From Candidatus Poribacteria bacterium (GTDB lineage: Bacteria > Poribacteria > WGA-4E > WGA-3G): DNA of 64,000 bases. The first letter of the stretch is position 1. Each line of letters begins with the position of its first letter. The translations under genes were made by a program, and so were the position numbers. A model generated the notes under the pieces. That model had not been told where the DNA came from and ran no database searches. It worked only from the letters and a program-made list of their open reading frames with translations. Where the stretch lies: the NCBI GenBank assembly GCA_965197475.1, contig CBDANF010000003.1:1056001-1120000 (forward strand), written 5' to 3'. Shown one piece after another: positions 38,231-48,227 of this stretch.

Positions 38231-40210
38231 TTATTTATTTCCTGGCAAAAACTTGTCAATCTCAATTTCAGGCACGGGTAGATTGTCTGTATCAGCAAGT
38301 TTTTTCAAAAGATGTTGTGCCTTTTCATAATGTCCACTCGTATCGGGAATAGACTTGTAAAGATCGCGAGCTTGATCCAAGTTGCCGAGTGGCTGGTGGG
38401 AGAGTGCCTTATTCATGAGACATGCTTCAACCTGGGCAACTCGTTCTGGGAAGTCTTGGTACCGTCCTTCACTAATACCGGGAAGAAACGCCTTATCAGA
38501 AAACATGGTGATGGCATCTTGGTATGCCTCCACTGATTTTTGAAGATAGTATGTATTGAAATTTAACGAAAGATCACCTTCTTGATAGCCTTCAGGTTTA
38601 GCAGCTTCATAGTAGGAGCGACCTTCAAAGAATTTTCCCATCAACTTGACAAGGTCGAACTTGGGAAATGGGCGATAGTCCCACAACTTGGCATATTCTT
38701 CTGCGGCTTCAACGTATTGCTTAAATTCAATCCGTTTAATGTCTGCAAAACGGAGTTGCACATCAGCGGCAAGGATATCAAACTCGTTATCGTTTTTGTT
38801 CTTTTCAATAAACTCGTGGGCAACTTTTTCCAGTTCTTCCTTGCGTCCTAAGTCGTTCAGTGTCCAGATTGCGCCATATAACGCATGCGGCGTGACAGAG
38901 TTTTCTGGAAAATCGTCAATGGTTTGTTGGTACCATTGCAAGGCGTATTCCAGTGTTAGCATTCCTTGTCTTGTTTCACCTGCCTGCATCTGATTGGTGC
39001 CGAGTTTGTAATATGAATCCCCAATTTGGAAGAAACAATAAGGTGTATAATTCAGTTCTGCCTTTTCTCTGACTACACTTTTTTCGTAATCAATCACTGA
39101 TTGATATGCAGTAATTGCTTCGCTCCAACGATCTAATCGGAACAGGCTGTCGGCAATACCGAGTTTCGCATCACCAAAAAACGCACTTTTTGGATAAACG
39201 TTAACAAGGCTTGTGAAAAGAGCTATGGAATTTTCATAGTCTGCTTGATCGAAGTAAGTCTGTCCGATTGTAAACTGAATTTCGGATTGGAGATTTCTGT
39301 CTGTAGTACTTCGCAATGCCAATTCGTAGTTAACACGCGCCCTGTCGAAGTCTAACTGTTTAACATAGATCGCACCTTGGTCAAAGTATGCTGCTATGAC
39401 GAGATTATGATCTGGAAATTGTGTAATAAAGTTCGTATACCGACTGATCGCCTCATCAAGTCTGTATAGTTGGTTCAAACAGAAAGCAGCTTTATACATC
39501 GCTTCGGCTTGAAGATCGGGATAGTTCTTAAATTCTTCGGTAGCAAATTTATCAAATTCTATATAAGCTTGCTCATACGCTCTTTCGTCAAGGAACGATT
39601 GGGCGATGAGAAGTTGAGCATCGTCTTTGAATTCGGATGTTGGGAAGTTGACAAGAATATTTCTGAAGGCGGTTCGACAGTCTTCATAATTTCCCGACTT
39701 ATAGTTCAACTGACCAATAGCGTACCACGCATTTTCTACTTGTAGACTGTTAGGAAAATTTCGAATCAACTGCAAGAACTTTGCTTCAGCGAGTTCATAT
39801 TGCTCTGTTCGATAGAGAATATGACCCCAGAGATATGTTAACCCTTCTTGATGTTTCGGTACAGTAGCAGTTGGTGAGACTTTTTTGATGATCTGAATCG
39901 CTGTATCATAGTAATTCACATCACCTGTCATCTCAGCCAGTCGCGAATAAGCAACTGCGATTTTAAAATTGGCGAGGGTTGTGAAATCCTTGTCAATGTG
40001 TTCTGTATTTACACCCGGTTTTCTTGATTCTTCAAGTGCTGCAGTATACTTGGCGATCGCGCCTTCATAATCCGCTTGTTTATGCATTTTCTCAGCGGAT
40101 TGGTAGAGTTGATTAACATACACAGAACTGCCTATTAACGTCATAGTACACGAAGAGAAGATAAATACAAGAATCAATGTGTAGATTATCCCTAAAATTC
40201 TTATGTTCAT
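38231..40210 (-). CDS. TPR-repeat lipoprotein (BamD/CpoB-like repeats)
   Basis: FSSC lipobox; repeated F..LI..FP.S...A units. Confidence 0.8.
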   Translation of the reverse strand: MNIRILGIIYTLILVFIFSSCTMTLIGSSVYVNQLYQSAEKMHKQADYEGAIAKYTAALEESRKPGVNTEHIDKDFTTLANFKIAVAYSRLAEMTGDVNYYDTAIQIIKKVSPTATVPKHQEGLTYLWGHILYRTEQYELAEAKFLQLIRNFPNSLQVENAWYAIGQLNYKSGNYEDCRTAFRNILVNFPTSEFKDDAQLLIAQSFLDERAYEQAYIEFDKFATEEFKNYPDLQAEAMYKAAFCLNQLYRLDEAISRYTNFITQFPDHNLVIAAYFDQGAIYVKQLDFDRARVNYELALRSTTDRNLQSEIQFTIGQTYFDQADYENSIALFTSLVNVYPKSAFFGDAKLGIADSLFRLDRWSEAITAYQSVIDYEKSVVREKAELNYTPYCFFQIGDSYYKLGTNQMQAGETRQGMLTLEYALQWYQQTIDDFPENSVTPHALYGAIWTLNDLGRKEELEKVAHEFIEKNKNDNEFDILAADVQLRFADIKRIEFKQYVEAAEEYAKLWDYRPFPKFDLVKLMGKFFEGRSYYEAAKPEGYQEGDLSLNFNTYYLQKSVEAYQDAITMFSDKAFLPGISEGRYQDFPERVAQVEACLMNKALSHQPLGNLDQARDLYKSIPDTSGHYEKAQHLLKKLADTDNLPVPEIEIDKFLPGNK

Positions 40211-40415
40211 TTGCTCTCCTTAGTAGATTCATTGCATGGGCGTAAAATTCGCATCAATCAGAGTTTGAGCGGGACACCAAGACATGCTAAATACGAGAAT
40301 GGCTTATCAATGTACTTTGCGAATTCTCTTATCAGTGTACCTTAAATTTGCATGAAATTCAAGTCATTTTCAATCAGGCACATCAGGTTTTATTTTTTGG
40401 TTCATGAAAATAGAA

Positions 40416-40450
40416 GAAAGCCTCTGTCCTATAAACGCACAGAGGCTTTC
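40416..40450 (-). terminator. Rho-independent terminator
   Basis: 12-bp stem GAAAGCCTCTGT / ACAGAGGCTTTC downstream of the sulfatase, with a T-rich tail on the minus strand. Confidence 0.65.
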
Positions 40451-40472
40451 CGCTAAATTTATTTTGCCTTTT

Positions 40473-41916
40473 CTATTCCTTATCCTCTTCTGGATAGTCA
40501 ATTGACCATTTGCCGCGTCCGTCTCCTGTAGGCGATTCTTGCCAAAGTGCTAAGAAATTTTCTGGCGCGTTATGTTCCAAAAGGTGCGTCATAAAGAGTT
40601 GATGCAATTCGGTGACAAGTGCAGCGTTGTCCTCAGAAAGATTATTGATTGCGATTGGGTCTACTGTCAAGTCAAACAACTCAGGCGTGCCGTGTGCCCC
40701 AACAGGAGCATATCCCCAACGTTCTGTAACGAGGAAAGGCGTTGTTGCTCGCCGCGGCACAGTGCCGTTGCGTGAACCGATATGAGTTCCTGTAACCGCA
40801 TACTCTCTGTGCTGTGAATCTCCACTACGAAGTGCATCTGCAAAAGAACGTCCATCAAAAGGTTTAGGCGGATCAAGCGTGATACCCGCCAAATCACACA
40901 ACGTTGGTAGAATGTCCATCGGTTGTGCAATCATGTCAAGACGTTGTCCTTGTGGCACATCTCCGCCAGCAATCAAAAACATCTCATGGTTAATCTCAGG
41001 ATAAGTCGGCCAATACCGCGGGTCTTCAGGGTCAATGTTAGATTTCCCTGTCCTATCGTGTTCTCCAATGGACATCCCGTGGTCAGACATCACAACAACA
41101 AGTGTATCATCCCAAAGTTCAAGGTCCTCAACCTTTTCAAGGTACGTCCGATGTGCCGATCAACCATCTCCGATTCGCCAGCGTAGTGTGCCCACAAGTT
41201 ATGTAACTCAGCATCAGTATAGATAGACGACCGTCCATAGTTTGGATGTAGCATCGGCGGTCCAGAATAGTCAGGATCGTAGCGTTTAACGATATACTCA
41301 GGCGGATCCCACGGTTCGTGCGGATCAAAGAAATCAACCCAAAGGAAGAAGGGGCCAGAACGATAGTTTTCCTCTAAAAATCGTATTGAAGTTTGTGATG
41401 TTCTACCGGAAAACGTCTCTGCCTCGTATTGATAGTATCGGTTTGTCCAACGGTGGGTATTGGGCAAGGTGTTACCTCGGAAGGATTTGGACGCGTTTTC
41501 TCATCCGGCATGATAGTCTGTATTTCGTCATTGAGATGGAGCAGCGGTTTATCACCCTCTTGCCCACGGTGTTGAAAAGCAGCTTGAAATCCTTGCTGGA
41601 ACCGGGCATTGAACAGATGCGGACAATCGCAAATGAGCTGCGTGGCATATCCCTTCCCACCTAACAGTTTAGCGATATGGTTTGGACCGCTCAGATCAAT
41701 CGCCTGCCAGCCGTAGTGCGGCCATCCCACTGTGCCGGTCGCAACATCGGTTCGATGCGGAATAGTCGGAAAACTGCTCATATAGAATTTGTCAATAGCA
41801 GTTGCGCGTTCTGCCTCAAACTTATCAAACATCGGTGTCCGTATAGGTTTTTCAGCCCGTTCACCGAGATTGTCATAGCGGAACGTGTCTGTAATTAATA
41901 AAACAATATTCTTCAT
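40473..41916 (-). CDS. Sulfatase-family hydrolase split by two 1-nt frameshifts
   Basis: NIVLLITDTFR, PTIPHR, FDPHEPWDPP, MSDHG, DILPTL; breaks near 41481 (TT) and 41141 (CC). Confidence 0.8.
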
Positions 41917-41952
41917 GTTTTATCCTCTTTATTATAGTATTCTTATTTACCC

Positions 41953-42879
41953 TCAAACCTCTTGTCGTGTTGTTTTCAACAGGAGCATAGTCACAAATAG
42001 CAACGGCAGAATCACAGCAACAGAGACAACAATTGACACTTGTGCACCGATTAGGCACGGAAAAAAGAGTATTGAACCTATCATTGATCCCTTCAACGCA
42101 AAATAGCCGTTTTTCTCGTTCGGCTGCAGATAGAGCGGTATACGGGTAATAACGGCAGCAAGCATACCCAGAATTACCCAAACGGCGTAAGTTTTATGGG
42201 CAAGCGGTTCTTCCAGCCAATACGGTAAAAGTGCAATAACAAAAGCTGACATCGTTGCGGTGGCAGATAAAAATAGTGCTGGACGAATACCGAGTTGCAC
42301 AGGTGTTGTTGTGATACCGAGTTGTTTGTCACGTGAAATGTCTTTAAACGTGGTTGTAATGTGCGTGCCTAAATCGTAAAGCGTTGTTGCTCCAAAAGCA
42401 TACCACACTAATCGTGGCACACTTCCACTCACGACTAACGCACCAAAAACGTTCAAAAGTCCAATTCCCAAAGGCAATGTCAAGCTTCCTAAGATACCGC
42501 GAGCTTTGAAAAAAGCATTATAGAGGTGCGAAATAGCGACCAACGCCATCACTAACACACCCGCTTTTACGTTTAGCAAAAATCCGCTGACGACACAGAG
42601 TGCATAGATAATGCTTGCAGGCACCAGTGCTTGCTTAGGTGTTAACCGATGTGAAGGAAGGGGACGATCCGGATTCGCCCGCGCGTCTGTTTCGCGGTGG
42701 AAATAGTCGTTTTTTATCATTCCAGCAAAATAGCCGAACAACGCTATGACTAACGCCGCAGCAACGCGCCACGTCAATTGTCCCTCACTCGCAATAAGCG
42801 CGCCAGGAAGTGTCGCAACAATTGGAATCCCAAAAAGCGGATAGCGGATGAGTTCAAGATATGCTTTGATACGACTCAT
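41953..42879 (-). CDS. UbiA-family prenyltransferase
   Basis: NDYFHRETD..ANPDRPLPS, LYNAFFK, KDISRDKQLG; multiple TMs. Confidence 0.85.
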   Translation of the reverse strand: MSRIKAYLELIRYPLFGIPIVATLPGALIASEGQLTWRVAAALVIALFGYFAGMIKNDYFHRETDARANPDRPLPSHRLTPKQALVPASIIYALCVVSGFLLNVKAGVLVMALVAISHLYNAFFKARGILGSLTLPLGIGLLNVFGALVVSGSVPRLVWYAFGATTLYDLGTHITTTFKDISRDKQLGITTTPVQLGIRPALFLSATATMSAFVIALLPYWLEEPLAHKTYAVWVILGMLAAVITRIPLYLQPNEKNGYFALKGSMIGSILFFPCLIGAQVSIVVSVAVILPLLFVTMLLLKTTRQEV

Positions 42880-42884
42880 TATGA

Positions 42885-43904
42885 TTAAAAATTATCCTTC
42901 GGTACTCCCGCTTCTGAAACTGGCGAATTTCGCGGGTCAAAAACCTCATCCACACTATAGAACTGGTCGCTTTGTGTTCCGATGCTCAGCTCAATAACAT
43001 TGGGTCCCACCTGTTTATTTCCACTGATATAATTGTCTCGGAGTCTGCCACCGTCGTAGACTGCCCAACCACTGTTCAACGTGATATTGTTGGATACAAT
43101 CTCAGGTGAGGACGTAGAATAACAGATGATCGCATATTCATAGTTTGATCGGATATTGTTATGTTGGATACGTGGGCGTGAATCATCTTCACATACAAGT
43201 CCATATCGGTTGGCATTGAATTCGTTATACTCTACCTCTGGCGCAGCGGCACCGCGGAATTGTGCACCACTGCCGTTCCGGTTGAACTCATTAGCAGTAA
43301 TAGTTGGGTTGGTATTTTCGCAAAGCACCCCGATTTTGTTCTCACTAAAGAGACATCTCTCAATTTGGACAGAATCCGTTCCACATATAATGCCGTAAAT
43401 AGCATGCTGGATGCGACAGTAAGTGAGTCGACTATTTGGACTCTGCGCTTCAATCTTAATGCCTTCCCAATCCCCCGCTTTTGGTGGGGCAGCGTTTTGT
43501 GCTGGGGTTAAAGGCACGATTGGCATTCGAGTTGGAGTTTTCAGATCTGATTTAGGTTCTGGAGCTTTTTGTGGTGTACCTAAAGACCCAAAAACTATCA
43601 TTCGGTCAGGGGAACCTTCTGCGTAAAGTTCACCATGCACAATGATCTCACTGGGATCGTCTGCGGGTTCAAAACCGACGGTGGTTCCTGCACGGATAGT
43701 CAGTGTTGTCCCTTCTGGTACAATAACGGTGCCGATAACATATATACGTCCTTCCCAAACTTCATTTTCTGTGAGTTCACCGGATTTTTCAATGATACCT
43801 GAGGCAGAACCACCCATGTCTGAATTAAATGCGCCACCTTGACATCCCAGATATAAACCTGTTAAGCATAAGATAAAAATAATTTTCATTAATGTATTTT
43901 TCAT
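42885..43904 (-). CDS. Right-handed parallel beta-helix lipoprotein
   Basis: YLGC lipobox; VPEGTTLTIRAGT; repeated P.I..N.F..N..G. Confidence 0.8.
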   Translation of the reverse strand: MKNTLMKIIFILCLTGLYLGCQGGAFNSDMGGSASGIIEKSGELTENEVWEGRIYVIGTVIVPEGTTLTIRAGTTVGFEPADDPSEIIVHGELYAEGSPDRMIVFGSLGTPQKAPEPKSDLKTPTRMPIVPLTPAQNAAPPKAGDWEGIKIEAQSPNSRLTYCRIQHAIYGIICGTDSVQIERCLFSENKIGVLCENTNPTITANEFNRNGSGAQFRGAAAPEVEYNEFNANRYGLVCEDDSRPRIQHNNIRSNYEYAIICYSTSSPEIVSNNITLNSGWAVYDGGRLRDNYISGNKQVGPNVIELSIGTQSDQFYSVDEVFDPRNSPVSEAGVPKDNF

Positions 43905-43957
43905 AACATGGTTTTAACACAGATTCAGATTTATGTCAAGACTTACTTGACATTGGG

Positions 43958-44079
43958 CAGGGCTATTTAGTTTTAGGCTTTTTGTCCAGTTTATCCGAAA
44001 AGTCGCGATTCGGAGATCGCTCCTACAGCGGAAAGTCTTAAATTGAAAATCTAAATATTCGGAGAACTAAATAGCCCTG
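43958..44079. mobile_element. 122-bp ISAs1-type MITE carrying a REP
   Basis: TIR CAGGGCTATTTAGTT / AACTAAATAGCCCTG; perfect 10-bp TSD TGACATTGGG (43948-43957, 44080-44089); REP at 44001-44026 (minus). Confidence 0.88.
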
Positions 44080-44087
44080 TGACATTG

Positions 44088-44320
44088 GGGTGTGTAAAGT
44101 TTTTGGCATTAAAAGCATTAATTTGGATTAAACGCAGTGCCCCTAATACTTCACTTTTTATTCATAAATGAAAAAATTAGTAAATGGAAATAAGCAATAC
44201 GTCTTGTCCAGGACAAGGTTTGTTGGCTCCCTGTGGACTGATACGCTATGAATTTTAAAATCCTGTATAGCAAACTAATTATTCACTTAAATTCAACTTT
44301 TCCAAAAACTTTACACACCC
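44088..44320. mobile_element. MITE (~233 bp)
   Basis: Perfect 19-bp TIR GGGTGTGTAAAGTTTTTGG / CCAAAAACTTTACACACCC; no ORF. Confidence 0.7.
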
Positions 44321-44571
44321 TGAATTTGACAACACATAAACAGATATGGTAACATTTTTATATCATTTAGTAGCAATAGATGGTACAACTTTGCCTAAAA
44401 CGTGTTAATTCTGAAAAGATGAGATAATCATACACGAAAACCGTATTAGGGGTCAAGTTGTAGGCGTTAGAACGTCGTAACTTAATTCTCACCTTTTGAA
44501 ATCGGAAAAATTTTGCAACTGAATCTATTGTTAGGTGTGTATGAGTATGTAAGCACCTCCGGAGGCTCCCG

Positions 44572-45180
44572 ATGCTTGAATTAGATGATGAATTAATGCA
44601 ACGCTTTCAAAAAGGCGATGAGGATGCGTTTAACCTCTTAGCGCGCCGACATCAGCAGCCGTTAATCAATTTTATCGCCAGATTCACCGGGGATAGAGAC
44701 AACGCCGAAGATTTGGCACAGGAAACTTTTATACGCATGTATAAAGCAGCAAACCGCTACAAACCGGGACGAGCTCAATTTAAAACCTGGATGTATTTTA
44801 TTGCGAAAAATCTGTGCAAAAATGAACTGCGAAACCGTGGACGTCGAGACCGTTTTCGTGTTGATAATATCGCTACAAACGATAATACGCCAGGTGCAAA
44901 TGGTGAAGAGATTGATATCATCGCGAGCGCACCCGCCGATGCCGCTTTCCAACCGGAAATTGCACTTGAACGTAAGGAACTCCGCAACGCTATCCAAGAA
45001 GCAATTTCAGAATTGCCTGAACAGTATCGGTTTCCTCTTATCCTCCGAGACATCCAAGGACTAAGTTATGACGAAATCGGCAAAATACTTGAACTGCGAA
45101 GCGGAACAACAAAATCCCGTATTAACCGAGCAAGATTAATGCTTAAAGACAAACTAAAACCTTTTATGGAGTTATTATGA
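44572..45180 (+). CDS. ECF sigma-70 factor (RpoE/SigW-like)
   Basis: AEDLAQETF, FKTWMYFIAKN, GLSYDEIG..GTTKSRINRAR. Confidence 0.92.
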   Translation: MLELDDELMQRFQKGDEDAFNLLARRHQQPLINFIARFTGDRDNAEDLAQETFIRMYKAANRYKPGRAQFKTWMYFIAKNLCKNELRNRGRRDRFRVDNIATNDNTPGANGEEIDIIASAPADAAFQPEIALERKELRNAIQEAISELPEQYRFPLILRDIQGLSYDEIGKILELRSGTTKSRINRARLMLKDKLKPFMELL

Positions 45181-45704
45181 AATGTTTACAGGCTGAAGAA
45201 AACTTCTCTGCACATTTTGAAGATGCGCTTGATTATCAAACATTACAACTTTTCGAGTCCCACATTGCGAAATGCTCAACTTGTCAGCATGAGTATGCCC
45301 AATTTCGAGAATCTGTTAAAGCATCACAACAACTGCCACAGATTGAACCTTCACCCTATTTCCTGTCAACATTACAGCAACGTCTCTCCGCAGAAAAACG
45401 CGAGGCACTTGCCTTCTGGGAACGACTGCTACGTATTTTCAACATGCCGAAATGGGCACTCAGTGGCGCAATAATATTGATTTTTGTGACTGCCGCTACC
45501 TTCTTATTTCATGATGATTTATTCAACCATGAAACCCGACCTTTTAACACGCCACGCCCAGAGTTTTCTTCTCAGTCACCATCAAATAATAACCTTCAAT
45601 CGCCACCTCGTGATTTCTCAACCATTTCAGCACAACCGATGCAACAGAACTACACCTTAAAGCGCGTAAGTTACGTCACTACATCAACGGGTGGAGGATT
45701 ATAG
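45177..45704 (+). CDS. zf-HC2 anti-sigma factor
   Basis: HIAKCSTC (HxxxCxxC) plus a TM helix; ATGA overlap with the sigma gene. Confidence 0.85.
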   Translation: MKCLQAEENFSAHFEDALDYQTLQLFESHIAKCSTCQHEYAQFRESVKASQQLPQIEPSPYFLSTLQQRLSAEKREALAFWERLLRIFNMPKWALSGAIILIFVTAATFLFHDDLFNHETRPFNTPRPEFSSQSPSNNNLQSPPRDFSTISAQPMQQNYTLKRVSYVTTSTGGGL

Positions 45705-45758
45705 TTTTCAGATATAAATGCTCACTAAGTATACTACAACTTTGAAGAGGATAGATAC

Positions 45759-46826
45759 ATGCTTTCCGAAAAACCGAAACATATTCGAAATGTAAATACG
45801 ATATTTATTAATATATGCAATGGACTTGGTATAAGTATCCTGATTTTAATTCTTTGCGCAGCAACACCAAGTTTCGCTAAAGAAAATGTACTACAACTCC
45901 TTGAAAAAGAATTCAAGAAAGTTGTCACGTCTGCTAGTCCGGTTGTTGTTAAAGTCATCGCGTCACAAGCCACATTGACACAATTTTCACCTAACATTGG
46001 CAGTATGAGGATTGTCCGTCAAGACATCAGTTCCGGGATCGTTCTTGATAAGGACGGGCACATTGTAACAACAACATTTAATATGACCCCTCATAAGATT
46101 GAGGTCATCTTCAATAACAACAAAACCGTTCCAGCAAAACTCATCGGTTTTGACGAACTGACCGATCTTGTTGTGCTTAAGTCAGTAAACAAAGTCCCGA
46201 TGCAAGTAAAGCAAGGTGATTCCTCAAAAATTAGTGCCGGTTCGTGGGTCGTCACTATTGGGAGTTCACACGGCGATAACCCAATTGTCTCTTTCGGGAT
46301 TGTTAGTGGTCGAGAAACCTTGCCTGACCATCCCTGTGCTGAACTCATCAAAATCAATGCCCCGGTTTCACCCGGTAACAGTGGTGGGGCAGTCGTGAAC
46401 ACTTCGGGCGAGGTGGTAGGAATGATACTGGCTGTTCTTACTGACCCTAATGATCGGAATCCGCTTCAATTACCCATGCAGATGTGGAAAGGGCAGGAAA
46501 TTACTTTTGCTGTGCCGATTGAGACAGTTAAATCTGTTGCCACTGAAATTATAAAACATGGCAAGGTACCGCGAGGCTGGCTTGGTGTTGATATTGAAAC
46601 AAAAGAGTTCAGTATCTTCGTTACCCGTGTTATAGAAAATAGTCCCGCCCACAAAAGTGGACTTTTGCCGAAAGATATCATTCTTGAATTTAACAACGCA
46701 CCAGTGAAGAACTACGCTGAACTCCTTAGACGTGTTGGAAGCGCATCGCCAAATACAGAAGTCATTCTAAAAATCCATAGAGACGGTCGTGAAAAGAACT
46801 ATACCGTCAAACTCGGGGAACGGTAA
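45759..46826 (+). CDS. HtrA/DegP-like trypsin-PDZ protein
   Basis: SGIVL, DLVVLK, PGNSGG, RGWLGV PDZ; catalytic His apparently absent. Confidence 0.85.
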   Translation: MLSEKPKHIRNVNTIFINICNGLGISILILILCAATPSFAKENVLQLLEKEFKKVVTSASPVVVKVIASQATLTQFSPNIGSMRIVRQDISSGIVLDKDGHIVTTTFNMTPHKIEVIFNNNKTVPAKLIGFDELTDLVVLKSVNKVPMQVKQGDSSKISAGSWVVTIGSSHGDNPIVSFGIVSGRETLPDHPCAELIKINAPVSPGNSGGAVVNTSGEVVGMILAVLTDPNDRNPLQLPMQMWKGQEITFAVPIETVKSVATEIIKHGKVPRGWLGVDIETKEFSIFVTRVIENSPAHKSGLLPKDIILEFNNAPVKNYAELLRRVGSASPNTEVILKIHRDGREKNYTVKLGER

Positions 46827-46866
46827 GGTTTTGTATGATTAAGACCATAGATGCCAATTTAACCTA

Positions 46867-47036
46867 TAGGTTGGGTAGAGCTTGCGAAACCCAACACTTT
46901 TCCTGCGTGGTTTGATAGATATGGTGCTACAAAGGTGGGTTTCACTACCCCACCTTGCTGGGATATAATGCGTATAGTTTTTGAAGTATGTTTGGGTATT
47001 CGCACCGCCTTCTCAGTTCCGTTCTACCCAACCTAC
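46867..47036. repeat. Inverted REP doublet (REPIN-like) between convergent genes
   Basis: TAGGTTGGGTAGAG..GAAACCCAACA at 46867-46896 and an inverted GTAGGTTGGGTAGAAC.. ending at 47036. Confidence 0.65.
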
Positions 47037-47040
47037 GACT

Positions 47041-48105
47041 CTACTTCAACCGATTAAACTCCTTTAAGTATGTTTGTGCGATAGTCTTATTTCCTTTAAT
47101 AATCAGCAGGTTTTCACTGTTCTTTGTTTCAGCGTTCTTTGAGAAATTATACGAACCTGTAATGACTGTTTCCTCATCAATAATAATCACTTTGTGATGC
47201 ATTGTTCCGGGAGTCTCATCTACAATTACCGGTATTTTTGCATTCTTCATTGATTTATATTCAGAATGCTCATTAATTTGCCTTTCTTCAAATACACCCT
47301 CCACAACAACGCCTGATTTATAGCGATCGCGCATTGCCTTCCCCAACTCATCGTGTGTAAACGAAAACGCCATGAAATAAATTGATTTCTCCGCAGACTT
47401 AATCTCTCGCAATAGAGGTGGAATCGTCTCGTTTTCTGGCGCAAAATGGGTAGAAATCATCGTGCCATCGTTTAGGGAAATATGTGGATATGGAATAAAC
47501 GGATCGGATGACTTTCCGTACTGTTCAGAGAAATACATCTCCCGAAATTCCTGCGTGAAGTTAAAAGCAAGCGGTACCGAATCAATCCAGACTACGTTAT
47601 TGTCGTTCTTGTGCGCGCCGTTGTAAGTAGTATTATACGAACCTGTCCAGACATACCGTTCGTCAACCACAAAAAACTTATGATGCATATACCCTTCATT
47701 GTCACCATCATCACGAATAGGAATGTCTGCCTCTTGCAGCCGTTTAATCTCCTCTTCATCAACATTGTCGTTCTCAGTGAACACTCGCACACTCACTCCT
47801 CGGTTGTGTGCATCAATTAAGGCATCTGCTACCGGTGTTGAATTCAAATGGTAAAGGGCAGCATCAACACGCTCTGAAGCTGAACTAAGTTTTGCTATAA
47901 GCCGCTTCTCCAAAGAATAAGCACCGCCACCCCCATTGACTTCACTAAAATATATCTCCCAGGATTGCTCATCAGTCGTTGCGTGGGGTTTAATCTTGAA
48001 ATGTCTGATACCGAAACCGATCGCAACAGCAGCCACTAAAATGAGAAAAAACGGAACAAACTTTGAATTTCTACTTTTAGGTGGTACCGCTGAATCGCTA
48101 TTCAT
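47041..48105 (-). CDS. Phospholipase D-like protein with two HKD motifs
   Basis: MHHKFFVVD..TGSYN and MHHKVIIID..TGSYN; N-terminal TM. Confidence 0.9.
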   Translation of the reverse strand: MNSDSAVPPKSRNSKFVPFFLILVAAVAIGFGIRHFKIKPHATTDEQSWEIYFSEVNGGGGAYSLEKRLIAKLSSASERVDAALYHLNSTPVADALIDAHNRGVSVRVFTENDNVDEEEIKRLQEADIPIRDDGDNEGYMHHKFFVVDERYVWTGSYNTTYNGAHKNDNNVVWIDSVPLAFNFTQEFREMYFSEQYGKSSDPFIPYPHISLNDGTMISTHFAPENETIPPLLREIKSAEKSIYFMAFSFTHDELGKAMRDRYKSGVVVEGVFEERQINEHSEYKSMKNAKIPVIVDETPGTMHHKVIIIDEETVITGSYNFSKNAETKNSENLLIIKGNKTIAQTYLKEFNRLK

Positions 48106-48123
48106 ATCTATATTACTCCATCA

Positions 48124-48183
48124 TATAGTAGATTTTATAATTAACGCTATATTTTGATCGGCGCACTTACAAAGCGCGCCTAC
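48124..48183 (-). repeat. ~60-bp GTAG-REP element (family A)
   Basis: Reverse complement GTAGGCGCGCTTTGTAAGTGCGCCGATC...TCTACTATA. Confidence 0.75.
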
Positions 48184-48227
48184 AATGGATATGTCAACAT
48201 TTTGGAATTTTACTATAAGATCAATCG

